Source: Octopus bimaculoides (lineage: Eukaryota). From it: a DNA stretch of 64,000 nt. Under the pieces are notes generated by a model, which searched no databases, was not told the origin of the DNA, and was given only the letters and a program-made list of their open reading frames with translations. The DNA lies in contig NC_069010.1 in the NCBI RefSeq assembly GCF_001194135.2, positions 9,875,387 through 9,939,386 on the forward strand, given 5' to 3'. Made by a program: the position numbers and the translations under genes. This document shows positions 36,501-50,889 of the stretch, piece by piece. Position 1 is the stretch's first letter. The number at the start of each line of letters is the position of its first letter.

Positions 36501-37009
36501 CCTAAATCCTATCAGGCTTTTACTTCATCGACCCCGAAAGATGAAAGGCAAAGTCAACCTCGGCGAAATTTGAACTCAGAACGTAAAAACGGATGATTAA
36601 GTTGCTAAACATTTTGTCCGGTGTGCTAACAGTGTTGCTAGCTTGCTGCCTTCTTAATAATAATAATAATGATAATAATAATAATGAGGAGGAGGAAGGG
36701 TAGGAGGATGGCGATGATGATGGTGGTAGTGATGATGCTGAGGATGATGTTTTAGTTGCATTTCTGTTAGGTTGTTGTTGTTGTTGTTGTTGTGCAAGGT
36801 TCATGATGGGGGGGGGGCACTGATTAGTTCCTTTTTCAGTTGATTATTTTGTTTGGGGAGGGGGTAGAGTGTATGGGGATAGGGTTAGCAGTCACTGCTC
36901 GTTTGTGTGTGAGTGAGTGAGTGAGTATAGATATGTGTGTGTGTCACCCTTGGTCTATTTCTGTATATACATACACACACACACATATATCTATATATAT
37001 GCATACATA

Positions 37010-37059
<50 letters not shown>

Positions 37060-38586
37060 TATATGCGCATTCATACACACAGACATATATATATATGTGT
37101 GTGTGTTTGTGAAATATTGCGTTGTAGTTGTAACTGTTGTTGTGGTGGTTGTTGTGATATTGATAAAGACAAAATCGGAAATTGGATGGTTAAAGCATTG
37201 AAATAGAAAGAAAGAAAGAAAGAAAAGAAGCAAAATTGTCCTCTCATTTCTTTTTTGCGTTTTTTTCTTCAAATATTCCTTAAATTGATTTTGAAAGGTT
37301 TTGGGGGTATTCTAATATATATATATGTATATTTATATCTTGATTAGTTTTAAACGATGCCTTATGACGGTGGTCATGCTAGTGGTTGTGTTGGCAGTGG
37401 TGGTCGAGGTGATGTGGTTGTTGTTCTTGTTGGTTGTGGTGATGGTGATGGTGATGGTGGTGATATTTAGAGCAACATTCAATGCCTGACCATTTAAACT
37501 TTCTCTTTCTTCACCCTCTATCTATCTATCTCTGTATCCATCTATCCATCTATCTATCTATCTATCTATCTACTTATTCATCTGTTAATCTATAATATTA
37601 TAATGTCTGTGAATTCTGTAGCGAGGGATTTAAATTTTCTGTTCAGTGTATTTAAAATATTTACACCACGCACCTCCCATACGTCCTCTGCATCATAGCT
37701 ACCCATACTGACACCAAGAGCATAATTGATATTGTTCGCTCATTTCCCAGCATGCTTTAGAATAGAATTTTCAAGTGCGGGTCTGGCTCTGTGACTAAAG
37801 AGGTCGATTCGCAGCCAAGTAGTCTCCGGTTCAATCCCATTGCATGGCACTTTGGGCGTCTTCTGTTATAGTCCTGGGCCGACCAATGCCTTGCGAGCGG
37901 AATTGGTACTCAGAAACTGTGTAGATGTCTGTCGTATATATACATACATACATATATATGTGTATATATGTGTATGTATGTATGTATGTATGTATGTATG
38001 TATGTATGTATATATATTTATGCGTATACGTATGCNNNNNNNNNNNNNNNNNNNNNNNNNNNNNNNNNNNNNNNNNNNNNNNNNNNNNNNNNNNNNNNNN
38101 NNNNNNNNNNNNNNNNNNNNNNNNNNNNNNNNNNNNNNNNNNNNNNNNNNNNNNNNNNNNNNNNNNNNNNNNNNNNNNNNNNNNNNNNNNNNNNNNNNNN
38201 NNNNNNNNNNNNNNNNNNNNNNNNNNNNNNNNNNNNNNNNNNNNNNNNNNNNNNNNNNNNNNNNNNNNNNNNNNNNNNNNNNNNNNNNNNNNNNNNNNNN
38301 NNNNNNNNNNNNNNNNNNNNAGATAATCTTGGAAGAAAGCACAGCAAGAGCAAACATCAAATCAAACCAACAAATCGCCCAACCCACCAGACAGTCACAC
38401 AAGCGACTGGCCAACAAGAAATTTTTTCATGACTATCCCCCACCCCCCGCGCCACCCCTGGGACCAACAGTGGTAGACTGAAGAAGATTCTGGAAGCGAA
38501 TTGACCAATTCTGAAGACAGAGATATTGGTACGCAGTCTGCAAGGCACCACCAGTTCTAAATAAAAAGTACTTGAAAGAGACAGCC

Positions 38587-38636
<50 letters not shown>

Positions 38637-39161
38637 GTATATGTACATGCATTATATACATGTACACACATACATATACGTGCGTATGAATATGTATGTG
38701 CATGCGTGTATGTGTGTGTCTGTACATGTATATATATATACTTGTAATTATATATCCCATAATATATATTATATACATATTTTAAATAATATATATACTT
38801 ATATATATAATATATATTCATATGCATATGTGTGTGTGTGTATATATGTATATATATATATATTATATATATATATACACACACACACACATGTAGATAT
38901 ATTTATATATATCTTTTTAGATATATATTCCTTCTCTTAATCATCATCATCATCAACAACACCAACATCCGCTTCTCTTCTATCAAGTGTGTAGCCGAGA
39001 GTCTGTTTAGGGTGAGGGGGGTGGGGGTAACCTCTTTTGTTTACGTTTTTACTGTGACTCCACCCATATGTATGTATACACACATACACACCCCACTACA
39101 CACATGCATGTATGTAGCCACACATAAACACACGCGTATAACTATGTGTGTGTGTATGTTA

Positions 39162-39205
<44 letters not shown>

Positions 39206-39329
39206 CACACACATACATACATACATACATATATACATACATACATACATACATACATTATATTATATATTATATATGTGCATAGGCGCAGTGGTAAGAA
39301 GCTTGTTTCCAAACATATATAGCATGTAA

Positions 39330-39362
<33 letters not shown>

Positions 39363-39619
39363 TGCGCAAAAGGTGCGCGTGTGGCAGTGTGAGAAGATGG
39401 CTTCCCATCTTCATGGTTCCGGGTTTAGTCCCTCCGAGTGGTACCTTAAGCAAGTATCTTCTACTATAGCCCCGGGCCGATCAAAGCCTTGTGAACTGGA
39501 CAGACTGTAACTGCTTGCACGATCGTGATATACATGTATGTAGGAGCAATTGTGTTTGTCCTTTTGTTTTTGTGTGTTTCTACCCTACCACTTGACAACC
39601 GGTGTTATTATTATTATTA

Positions 39620-39663
<44 letters not shown>

Positions 39664-40699
39664 GAGCGAGAGAGCAGTGCATACCATCAAAGGGACACTG
39701 GGGTACAAGTATACGAAGCTTGACATACCCATCATGACTACTCGTCCGATAAGGGTACACCAAGCACATGCAACACAACCATATGAGCGCGACATGGTGA
39801 TCTCATATCAAGATAAACAGCGCATGGCCTTGCTGGGGGTGAGGCCCAGTTAGAATTTTCTTCAGGTAGAGTAGTCTAGCCTGCTCAAAAAGGATGATGA
39901 ACGAAACGCTCATGTTTCCGGAGGTGAATTATTCAAACCCCAATAAATTCCTCTCAACACTTAGCTATGTTGCTTCTCCACCACTTCTGCTTATGATCAG
40001 AGATGCACATATCAACATCCACCAAGGGACATGGTCGACTGGTTAAGGTCAAACAACTGACAAGCAAATCTGTGGTGGCGAGCATTTTTGTTAGCACTTC
40101 GGCATTTCGTCTGTCTTATGTTCTGAGTCCAAATACTGCTGAGGTCAACTTTGCCTCAAATCCTTTTGGGGTTGATAAAATAAGGAGCAGTTGAGAAGGG
40201 GCGGGGGCGATGTAATCGACTTCCCCACCTCACACGAAATTGCTGGCCTTGTGCCAAAACTTGAAGCCAATATTATCTTAGGCAGTGATCTAACATAAGC
40301 GGTATTTCTTCTGACTCTTGACGTTCTGAGCTCAAATACCGCCGAGATTGACTATGCCTTTCGTCCTATGGGTATCGATAAAATAAGTAGCAACCAAATA
40401 ATCGACTAGCTCCCTCCTTCTAAAAAAGCCGGTCGTTTGCCAAAATTAAGATGTCTGCTTTCATTGACTGTAGCAGACGACAACGCAAGAGTAACGGTGT
40501 TAGTTATGATGATGGCGATGATTGTGATGGTATACATATTGTGGTTGTTGTTGTTGTTGTTGTGTAGAACCTCACCAGTCGTTAACGAGCAGTTTTGCGA
40601 TCGAATTGTTAGACGAAGATGTGTGGACCTCATTATTACATCATGTCCTCTCCGTGTTTGCGAATAATTAGAGGTTTGTGTGAGAGATTGTGACTATAT

Positions 40700-40760
<61 letters not shown>

Positions 40761-41930
40761 CTGTCCAGTCTATTTCTGCACTCCTATACATAGATATCGA
40801 GATAAGTATATTGATATCTAAGGATATCAATGTACAGAGAGATACATAGAAAAACAGACAGATAGATAAATATGTAGGTAAATAGATTAGTTTGTTAGTT
40901 AAATAGGTGGATAGGTAGATAGATAGCCAGACAGATAGATAGATAGACAGACGGACAAACAGACAGATAGATAGATAAATAGATAAACAGATGGACAAAC
41001 AGACAGACAGGCAAGCAGATAGATAGATAGATAGATAGATAGACAGACAATCAAAGAAACAGAGCGACAGATAAGACAACCATACTAACAGACACATTAA
41101 GACAGAAACTCCAAAGACAGGCATACTGACAGACAAACGGAGAGACGGAAAAAAACGGACGGAAGGAGTAAAAGTTGTGAAAATAAACAAAACAAGAAGA
41201 AAATTTTGTGAAGCATCTTAAAAGATCAAAGTAGAGTAGTTAAAGAAATAAATAAACTTTAGATGTTGGATATAAAATCTATCGCGGAATGGAGAAACGG
41301 AAAGATCAAGTTTGGTGTTGATTTTCACCGCGTTTATTGTATCAACAATGAAACGAAGAACTCTGTTTTATGTTTTCTTTATTGATTTTTAATTTTATTC
41401 TTGTTTTATCTTTAGAGTTCTCGTAGGTGTATATATGAAAAAAAGCACGCAAACTTATATCAGCATACAACCACATATACAAATATACAGAACCGTGTGT
41501 GTGTAGAAAGAGAGATATAAAGGAGAGGAAGGGTGAGGGAAAGAAATAGAAGCAACTATGTGTGTATATATACATATANNNNNNNNNNNNNNNNNNNNNN
41601 NNNNNNNNNNNNNNNNNNNNNNNNNNNNNNNNNNNNNTATATATATATATGAGTGGCTGAGTGGTAAGTAGCTTGCTTACCAGCCACATGGTTCCGGGTT
41701 CAGTCCCACTGCGTGGCACCTTGGCAAGTGTCTTCTACTATAGCCTCGGGCCGACCAAAGCCTTGTGAGTGGATTTGGTAGACGGAAACTGAAAGAAGCC
41801 CGTCGGAAAAAAGAGCGAAAGAAAGTGACGCGGATTCTCAAAATCCAATCCATTAGAGGCACAAAGATTTGTAAGACATTGCAAACATTCTCCATTTGAC
41901 AGACAGAGAGAGAAAGACAGACAGACAGAC

Positions 41931-41973
<43 letters not shown>

Positions 41974-42028
41974 CTGTCAGACATTCAGAGAGAGAGACAG
42001 ACAGACAGAGATGCAGAGAGAATGAGAA

Positions 42029-42061
<33 letters not shown>

Positions 42062-42859
42062 ATCAGACAGATACACTGATAGATAGAAAGAGAGAGAGAG
42101 ACAGTTAGATAGATAGATAGATAGATAGATAAGGCACAATAAAAATCAACAGCCAGCGTTGATTTTCACATTGACATAAGTCTTAAGGAAATCCGGAACG
42201 AACGTCTCTCCGGTTTTGCAATGATGGCGGAAACTGTTTAAAGACAGCGAAAATGTTACATAAGAGGCTGAAATATTTACAAAGGCATAATTGAGAGAGA
42301 GAGAGGGGGGAAGAGGAGAAAAGGACAAGAGTACGAGATAGAGAGAGAAGAGAGGAGGTAAAGGAGAGAGGATGAAGGAAGAGACAGGAAGAGAGAGAAA
42401 GGAAGAAAGGTAGAAAAGGTTGGGGAGAAAGGGTGAGGAAAAAGTGGGAGAGAGACAGAGAGAAAAGTGAGATTGTGAAAGGAATAGTGGAGAGGTGTTA
42501 GATATAGGTGGCGCTGGTGGAATTTACGATAGGAGCGAAAATTCTACGAAATACACCGGAAGTTTTTTTTCAGCAGCAAAATGGCGGAAATGTTACGAAG
42601 ATGACGGAAGTTCTTCGCGAAGATGGCGAAAATGTTACGGAGGTGGAGACAACGGTGATGCTGAGGTTGAGATGAAGTAAAGAAGTCGGTGTGTGTGTGT
42701 GTGTGTGTGTGTGTTTAGTCTGAATGTCACGAAGAAAGTCATAACCTGACAAACACGAAGGAAAAGATCTTTCACGAAGATTTCCGAAATGTTACGGAAC
42801 ACAACGGAAGATGACAAATACGTCTTTTGGATTGGTGTGAATGGTATGGGTAATGGGCC

Positions 42860-43200
42860 ATAATGATGTTTGGGGTCAGCGAGGTTAGTTGGAAGAATAG
42901 GCTCCATAGAGGGGCTCTTGATGTTCTCCATAAGGGAATCCGCTGGCTACATCCGCTAGCGTCCCCTTGGCCGGACGATCAACAAAGAGTACTTTGTGGA
43001 GGTTTGAGGGAGATCAGGACCGCTTGCGCCAGTCTACTATTCTGATAGAAATGGGCATCACACCCTCAGTCCAGACCTTGCCCCCTAATGGAGAAGACGA
43101 AGGAGGCTGTGGGAAGGATCCTGGACACCTTCACTTTTGGAGGGCTTCCGTAGGGCCTTCACGAGTTGGTGTCTGACATTACAACTGGGACAGACCTTCG
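42860..43200 (+). mobile_element. Degenerate mariner transposase C-terminal remnant
   Basis: GRTINKEYFVEV, SPDLAP and EAVGRILDTF-like segments in broken frames. Confidence 0.6.
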
Positions 43201-45771
43201 TCCAATGCACACCTTACTGCTCTAAAAGATATTGAAAATGATGGGATGGGACTGGAAACGCATTTTCAATGATTGTTCCATTCGACCTTTGTTGGCAGAT
43301 AAACAACATTAACATCATCAACAACATCATCATCATCATCAACAGCAACAACGGCAACATCATCATCGTCATCAACAAAAACAAGGCAGCATCAACAGCC
43401 GCACAAGAACCATGCTTTTGCTAAAATCACGGAAGCCATTTTGACTTTTCTCTCTTCTCTAAACTTGCATCCTTTTATCTCTACTTCTCCATCTCTGTCT
43501 CTTGGTTTCTCTCTCTTGAAATCATCTCTTAACTTTAGCTCTCCACCTCTGTCTCCCTATTGCTTTCCCCTACTCTCCCTTTTAGCAATTTCTTTGTCTG
43601 TCTGTCTGTTTGTCTATCTGGCAAGACAGACAGACGGACTCTATCTTTTGTCTTCCCTGTCGCCAAACGTCTCTCCTTCTCCAACACAATGTCTCTCTTA
43701 GTTTTTACATAAAACTGCCTCACCCTCTCTACATCTCTCTCTCTCTCTCTATCTATCTACATCTCTCTCTCTCTCCCTCTTTCTCTCCACGTCTGCCTGT
43801 CTTTCTCTCCCTCTATAGAAATCTCTCTCTCACTCTTTATATAGTCTCTATCTCACTATATAAATATATAGCTCACTCACCCACTCGCTCACTCTCTCTC
43901 TCCATGTGTCTCTCTCTCTATCTCACTATTTAAATATATATCTCGCTTACCTTCTATCTCTCTCTCTCTCTCTTCCTTCTGTCTCTCTGCTTCTCTTCAT
44001 CTTTCCCTATTCATCTCTTTTCTTCTCCGTGTCTTTCTCCCTCACTCTCTCTTTCTCTCCCTCTCCGTCTATTCATATTCTCGCTAATCCTCCACCCCCC
44101 TTCTCGCAACCCATTCCTCAACCCCCTCCCCAGTGCCTCCATCACAAAAGAGGCACGACGACAGCGACGACCCCCTTCATCCCCCACCCCGTGGTCACAC
44201 AGAATCGGGAGGTCTTCGGGTGGACGGCGATGGCAGAGGGGGGGGGGAGAAGGAAACCGAGGAAAAGGTGAGGAAGATAAACGTTGTNNNNNNNNNNNNN
44301 NNNNNNNNNNNNNNNNNNNNNNNNNNNNNNNNNNNNNNNNNNNNNNNNNNNNNNNNNNNNNNNNNNNNNNNNNNNNNNNNNNNNNNNNNNNNNNNNNNNN
44401 NNNNNNNNNNNNNNNNNNNNNNNNNNNNNNNNNNNNNNNNNNNNNNNNNNNNNNNNNNNNNNNNNNNNNNNNNNNNNNNNNNNNNNNNNNNNNNNNNNNN
44501 NNNNNNNNNNNNNNNNNNNNNNNNNNNNNNNNNNNNNNNNNNNNNNNNNNNNNNNNNNNNNNNNNNNNNNNNNNNNNNNNNNNNNNNNNNNNNNNNNNNN
44601 NNNNNNNNNNNNNNNNNNNNNNNNNNNNNNNNNNNNNNNNNNNNNNNNNNNNNNNNNNNNNNNNNNNNNNNNNNNNNNNNNNNNNNNNNNNNNNNNNNNN
44701 NNNNNNNNNNNNNNNNNNNNNNNNNNNNNNNNNNNNNNNNNNNNNNNNNNNNNNNNNNNNNNNNNNNNNNNNNNNNNNNNNNNNNNNNNNNNNNNNNNNN
44801 NNNNNNNNNNNNNNNNNNNNNNNNNNNNNNNNNNNNNNNNNNNNNNNNNNNNNNNNNNNNNNNNNNNNNNNNNNNNNNNNNNNNNNNNNNNNNNNNNNNN
44901 NNNNNNNNNNNNNNNNNNNNNNNNNNNNNNNNNNNNNNNNNNNNNNNNNNNNNNNNNNNNNNNNNNNNNNNNNNNNNNNNNNNNNNNNNNNNNNNNNNNN
45001 NNNNNNNNNNNNNNNNNNNNNNNNNNTTAATGGCGGTGTACATTTTAGGGTCCACGTCCTTTCACCCCGCTCCTCCCTCCCTCCCTTCCCCTCCCTCGTC
45101 TCTTAACCTTCCTTTCTCCACCACACGTGACCCAAGTTAACATCACCTGCCTTGTGTTATCTCAACCAAACACCTCCTCATTACTCTCACCCCTACCTCC
45201 GTCCCTTTTTACGCACCCTCCTCCCTTCTCCTCCCACCCCTCATCCCAAGCTCCCTTAGAAAAACGCGCGCTCGCGATTCACTTTTCCGTCTCCCTAATC
45301 AATACTCCCTCTCTCGTTCTAACTGTCTGTCGCTCTCTCTCTCTCCCCCCCCGCCTCTCTCTCTCTAGCTGTTACTTTCCGTGTGTATATGTGTCTGTGT
45401 ACGTGTGTGTGTGTGTGTGTGCAGGTTTGTGCATGTATGTATGTATGTATGTATCTATCTATCTACGCACATATGTGTGTGTCTATGAATATATTCATAA
45501 ACATATCTATGCATGTACATACATGCACTCACACACACAAACACACACCAACACACACATATATGTATATATATGTATGTATATGTGTATATATATGTAT
45601 GTATACGTGCGTGAATACATGCGTGCATGTATACATATATATGTGTGTATATAAGCACACACACATACACACACACACACACACAAGTGTGCGTATGCTT
45701 CTCTGTACATATCCTCTTCCTTTCTCTCTTTTTAAACTCCAAACCCTCACGATCTTCTCTTTCCAGTAGTA

Positions 45772-45839
<68 letters not shown>

Positions 45840-46139
45840 TTCCTGTCGTAAGCCATGGACGGTGCCAAGGGATAGTACGTTAATACCTCCCAGTGTAACT
45901 CTCGTAGCGTCCCCGTCACCCGGGAACGACCGAAACGACAATCATAAATGGTACAATTATAACAAACAGACAAACAAGGTCAGTTTGTTTGACAGTGAAA
46001 AGCACAAATCCACACATAGAAAGGCACTGGGGTTTTTAAAGCGCACTGGTGTTTTAAGGACCTACAGAGCTACACGTCCGCAACTAGCTCTTTTGTAGTT
46101 GACGTGTACTTTGTTTCAAAAGGCCTTCGAGAAAGAGTT

Positions 46140-47290
46140 ACAAAGCTGTTTTCAGCTTAGAATGTATCAACATCGCCAAAGAAAATGGTAAGAGAGGCGC
46201 AGCATGTCAGTACAGCATGAATGAATCCATGGTCCGTTCCTGGCGCAAACAAGAAGATTCACTACAACTGACCAAAAAGACCAAAAGAGCAAATCGTGGC
46301 AAGGAAGCTAGATGGCCAGTTCTAGAAGACCAGGTTGAGAGTTGGGTACTTGAGCAGAGAACCTCACATTGAGGTGGAAGCATAGTACCGATAAGGCTGA
46401 CAGCAGTATCCTTAGCCAAAGATCTTTGGCTGACCGACTTCCAAGGTGGGCCATCCTGGTGTGTCCGGTTCATGTGAAGAAAGCAGCTGTCACCGAGAGC
46501 CAGAACAACTTCAACTTTCCAGACGATACTACAAGACCAAAATAAGAGATCACACAGTCAGAAGCCCTGACAAAGTTATCAACTCGGATGAGGTCCCACT
46601 CACCTTTGACATGCCAATAGACAAGACTGTAGAGAAGGTTGGTGCCCAGACCAGAAACATTTAAGCGACAGGCCACGAGAAACCCAGTTTTAGCAGCGTA
46701 CTCTCGTGCACCGGCAACGGTATTCTTCTTCTACCACCAATTCTGATCTTCAAAAGAAAGACCAGACCGTGAGACAAATATCGAAAAGGGGTCATCGTTG
46801 AAGTAAACGAAAAGGGCTGGATGAAAGCATGGATAACAGAGTGTTTCGTCAAGCGTTCGGATGGGTTCTTTCACCGCCGCAGAGCAATTCTAGTTATGGT
46901 CGGCATTCGTGCCCATATTACAGATGACGTGAAGGATGCCCTAGACCGTATAAACACCACACCAGCCATTATACCAGGTGGAACGACCAAGTTACTTAAC
47001 CGTACATTCAAGATGCACATGAGAATGCAGTGGGAGACCTGGATGGCACTAGGGGTGGGGGGAAGAAATCATTCACAGCAACTGGAAGACTTCGCCGGGC
47101 ATCGCTTTCAGAAGTCGCATCAGGAGTGATTACAGCCGCAAAGTCTGTACCAGAGGCGTGTGTGGTCAACGGTTTCAAGAAAGCCAAGATACTGCCTTCA
47201 GGTTTACTCCGACTTGGATTTCCACGGTGAAGACGACGACCCACTTGTCAACTTCGACACCCGCTTTACACCAGAATTGGCAGATCATTT
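46140..47290 (+). mobile_element. pogo/CENP-B-family (DDE_1) transposase pseudogene
   Basis: VNESMVRSWRKQ, RWPVLEDQV, FQGGPSW, NSDEVPLTFDMP, TGHEK, PPILIFKRK, KGWM, AHIT and IPGGTT, with stops and frameshifts. Confidence 0.88.
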
Positions 47291-47342
47291 CGCATGATCC
47301 ATACACCCGACGCTCTAACCACTGAGCCTTGCGCATTCTATA

Positions 47343-47387
<45 letters not shown>

Positions 47388-48639
47388 NNNNNNNNNNNNN
47401 NNNNNNNNNNNNNNNNNNNNNNNNNNNNNNNNNNNNNNNNNNNNNNNNNNNNNNNNNNNNNNNNNNNNNNNNNNNNNNNNNNNNNNNNNNNNNNNNNNNN
47501 NNNNNNNNNNNNNNNNNNNNNNNNNNNNNNNNNNNNNNNNNNNNNNNNNNNNNNNNNNNNNNNNNNNNNNNNNNNNNNNNNNNNNNNNNNNNNNNNNNNN
47601 NNNNNNNNNNNNNNNNNNNNNNNNNNNNNNNNNNNNNNNNNNNNNNNNNNNNNNNNNNNNNNNNNNNNNNNNNNNNNNNNNNNNNNNNNNNNAATATACA
47701 TTGTGTCGTAAAAATGAATAAATGCGCCCTTTTAAAGCCTAGCCAGGCTCATGGGCCCGGTTTCCCGGTTTCAATGGCGCATGCATTCCCCAGCCAGTCC
47801 ATCGCAGCGTGACTCACTTTTGCCAGCTGAGTGGACTGGGGTAACGTGAAAAAAAGTGTTTTGCTCAAGAGCTCAACGCGTCGCCCGGTCCAGGAATCAA
47901 AACCACAATTTTACGATCATGATGCTGACACCCTAACCACTAAGCCACGCGCCTCCACTCAATGCTTTTGCCTTGTAATACATTTTAACATCATACGCCC
48001 GAAGAGAATGGTCCGATCAAACATTCGATTTTTATTAAATTATTTAACTCACCATTTCTTTTAAAATGTTAACCTTATGAGGGAAATATAGAATATTGCT
48101 ATGGTTGGAGTTAGCTCGCCCATAGTAACCTATATCTTTTCGAAACGGCCATAAGACTTTATACAAAGACTTTATACATGTTCCAGACTCCTTAAAAATC
48201 AGTTTACACCCGCTTCATTTATGGACTTACACTTTTTTAAAATATATATTTACATTTATGAATTTTTATGTGTTTATAAATTTTTAAATGTCTATGAATT
48301 TTTCTGTATTTATAAATTTTCGTGTATATATATGTATTTATAAATTCTTAGAAATTTTTAATATATATCATATAGATGAATGCATCTATGTATGCACTTT
48401 GTATACCATGGAGAATTTCGTTAATATGGATTGAATGAATATATACATCGGGGTTTTTGAATTTGTCTTCTCCCCTCCTCAATTTTATATTCCTGAAGCT
48501 TTATCAGAGTGCTAATTGGTTGAGCTGTATAAAGTGGATATCTATAACACTTATTTCTTCATTGTTCTCTCTCTCTCTCTAGTCATCCTGGGGTGGGGCT
48601 GGGCTTGTTTTGTGAGTCCGCAAATGGCTAGTGAGGCCA

Positions 48640-48980
48640 ATCTGCGCCCGAAACAGTCTTTGACAGTGTGGACAGGGAATGGTAGCGCCTGCTACAGGGT
48701 TCTTAGTTCTGTTCTTCCTGTCTTGTCTGCAGCCTTCTGCAGCAGTGATCCTATTGGTCTCGCATGTGTCGGCACCCTTGTTGTCCAGAGCAAACTACTC
48801 CCAAGTATCATGGTCGATGTTGAAGGCTTTCAGTAAGGCTTTCAGTGTGTCCTTAAAGCGCTTCTGGCCGCCTTGTGGGCGCTTTCCCTTTTGCAGCTCG
48901 CCAAAGAGCAATCTTTTTGGTAGTCGATCGTCTGACATGCGAGCTACGTGCCCTGCCCAGCAAACCTGAGACTGCATCAA
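48640..48980 (-). mobile_element. RTE-clade LINE 3' fragment
   Basis: QVCWAGHVARMSDDRLPKRLLFGELQKGKRPQGGQKRFKDTLKALLKAFNIDHDTWE. Confidence 0.9.
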
Positions 48981-49001
48981 GATGGTATATATATATGTAT
49001 G

Positions 49002-49035
<34 letters not shown>

Positions 49036-49526
49036 CATACATATATCTATGTGCGTGTGTCTGTGTTTGTTTCCCATCATCGCCTGACAACCGGTGTTGT
49101 TATGTTTACGACCCCGCAAATTAGCGTTACAAGGACGTAAAAGAGAATGATAGAATAAAAGTAGTAGGTTTAAAAAATAAGCCCTGGGGTCGAATTCTTC
49201 ATCTGAAACTCCTCAAGGCGGACCTCGGGCATGGCTGCCGTGAAATGATTGAAACAAGTATAAGAATGAAAGTCCAGGAAAGGATATTTACGTTCATTAA
49301 ATCTTATGTTTAAATTATTTTCACTTAATTAACATGACGTGTGTACACCTGTCTGCGTTTGTTGTGTCTGTTTGTATTAATCTTATCTTGAGTGTGTGTG
49401 TGTGTGTGAGTGTGTACAGAACATGTTCAATAGTTACACCACCAGCCTGGAATCGAACCACCGTCATGTTTGCAGAGCTCGGGAAATCGTACAAAGAATT
49501 GGATCACAAGATATATTACGTTGTGA

Positions 49527-49560
<34 letters not shown>

Positions 49561-49571
49561 GGTGGTGGTGG

Positions 49572-49602
<31 letters not shown>

Positions 49603-50121
49603 CATCATCATCATCATCATCTTGAACATACCCTTATTCCTGTCGTTACATGCGTGTGGCATACACACACACACATGTATATATATGTGTGTATATATAT
49701 ATACTTATGTGCTTGTATATATGTATATATATATGTGTGTGTGTGTATATATATATGTATGTATGTATAAAATATATATTACATATATATATGCACACAT
49801 ATGTAGATATATTCATATCTAACATCATATGTATACACACATGTACATAAACACATACAGTACACATGCACACATTTGCTCACACAATCGCATATATTCA
49901 TGTCTGTGTTTGAATGTATGTATATAAATATATATATATATGTATATATATAAGCACGCGCGCGCGTGTGTGTACGCGTATGTATACGTATTTATATACA
50001 TACAACATACATACATATATATGTATACACAACCACACATAGTTCTTCATTAATACATATAGATATCACATAATTTATGCATACATACATATATGTGTGT
50101 GTGTGTGTGTGTATGTATATA

Positions 50122-50152
<31 letters not shown>

Positions 50153-50308
50153 ATGTGGACAGGCACCTTAACGTACACACATGTATGTGGATGCGTGTGT
50201 ATACGTGTGTATTTATTTATTTATTGATCATGTCAACTCGAGTGTCCGGGACAGGTGATAAGGTGAAAAGGTTTGGGTTTGGGGTGGTGGAGGTGGCGGC
50301 GTTGGGCA

Positions 50309-50370
<62 letters not shown>

Positions 50371-50669
50371 CGGTGGTGGTGGCATGACAGAAATGTTGAA
50401 ATGATGATGGTGGTGGTGGTGGTGGTGGTGGTAAAGGTGGATGATGGTGTAACCGTTGCTCCTTTCTCGTTTTTGTTGTTCTTCATTTTAATGTTAGTCA
50501 AGCTCTGTTAGACTGATGTTAGAAGGTGTTCCAGACGTGACCATTCCATCTTTCTCTGTGTATAAAAATCCACAATCAAACGCATCCATTAATAAACGAT
50601 TTCAGGGAGATTTGGCTGCTATTTCTACCAGCTCTAGATACTATGTAAGGGTCTCTACCTCACTGCCTA

Positions 50670-50706
<37 letters not shown>

Positions 50707-50889
50707 TACATACATACATACATAAGACAGTAGGGTGTGATTTGAGGTAGATTTGGCTGCTATTTCTAACAAGTCTCCCTAAGTGGTCCATCGATTGTCA
50801 TTGATCGTATTAGTGATGGTATAAATGATGATTCTGTGGCCGATAACTAATTAACTAATTAACTAATGCTGTGTTGTTGACAATGACCT

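Noticed and set aside
40573-40690. Minus-strand segment ending in a good donor (ACTG|gtgagg)
   Set aside because: The upstream sequence is purine-rich (GA)n with no credible acceptor, and the peptide is unrecognisable.
49396-50501. ORFs with poly-D/G/H/Q/Y/C runs
   Set aside because: They are translations of trinucleotide microsatellites without splice or homology support.
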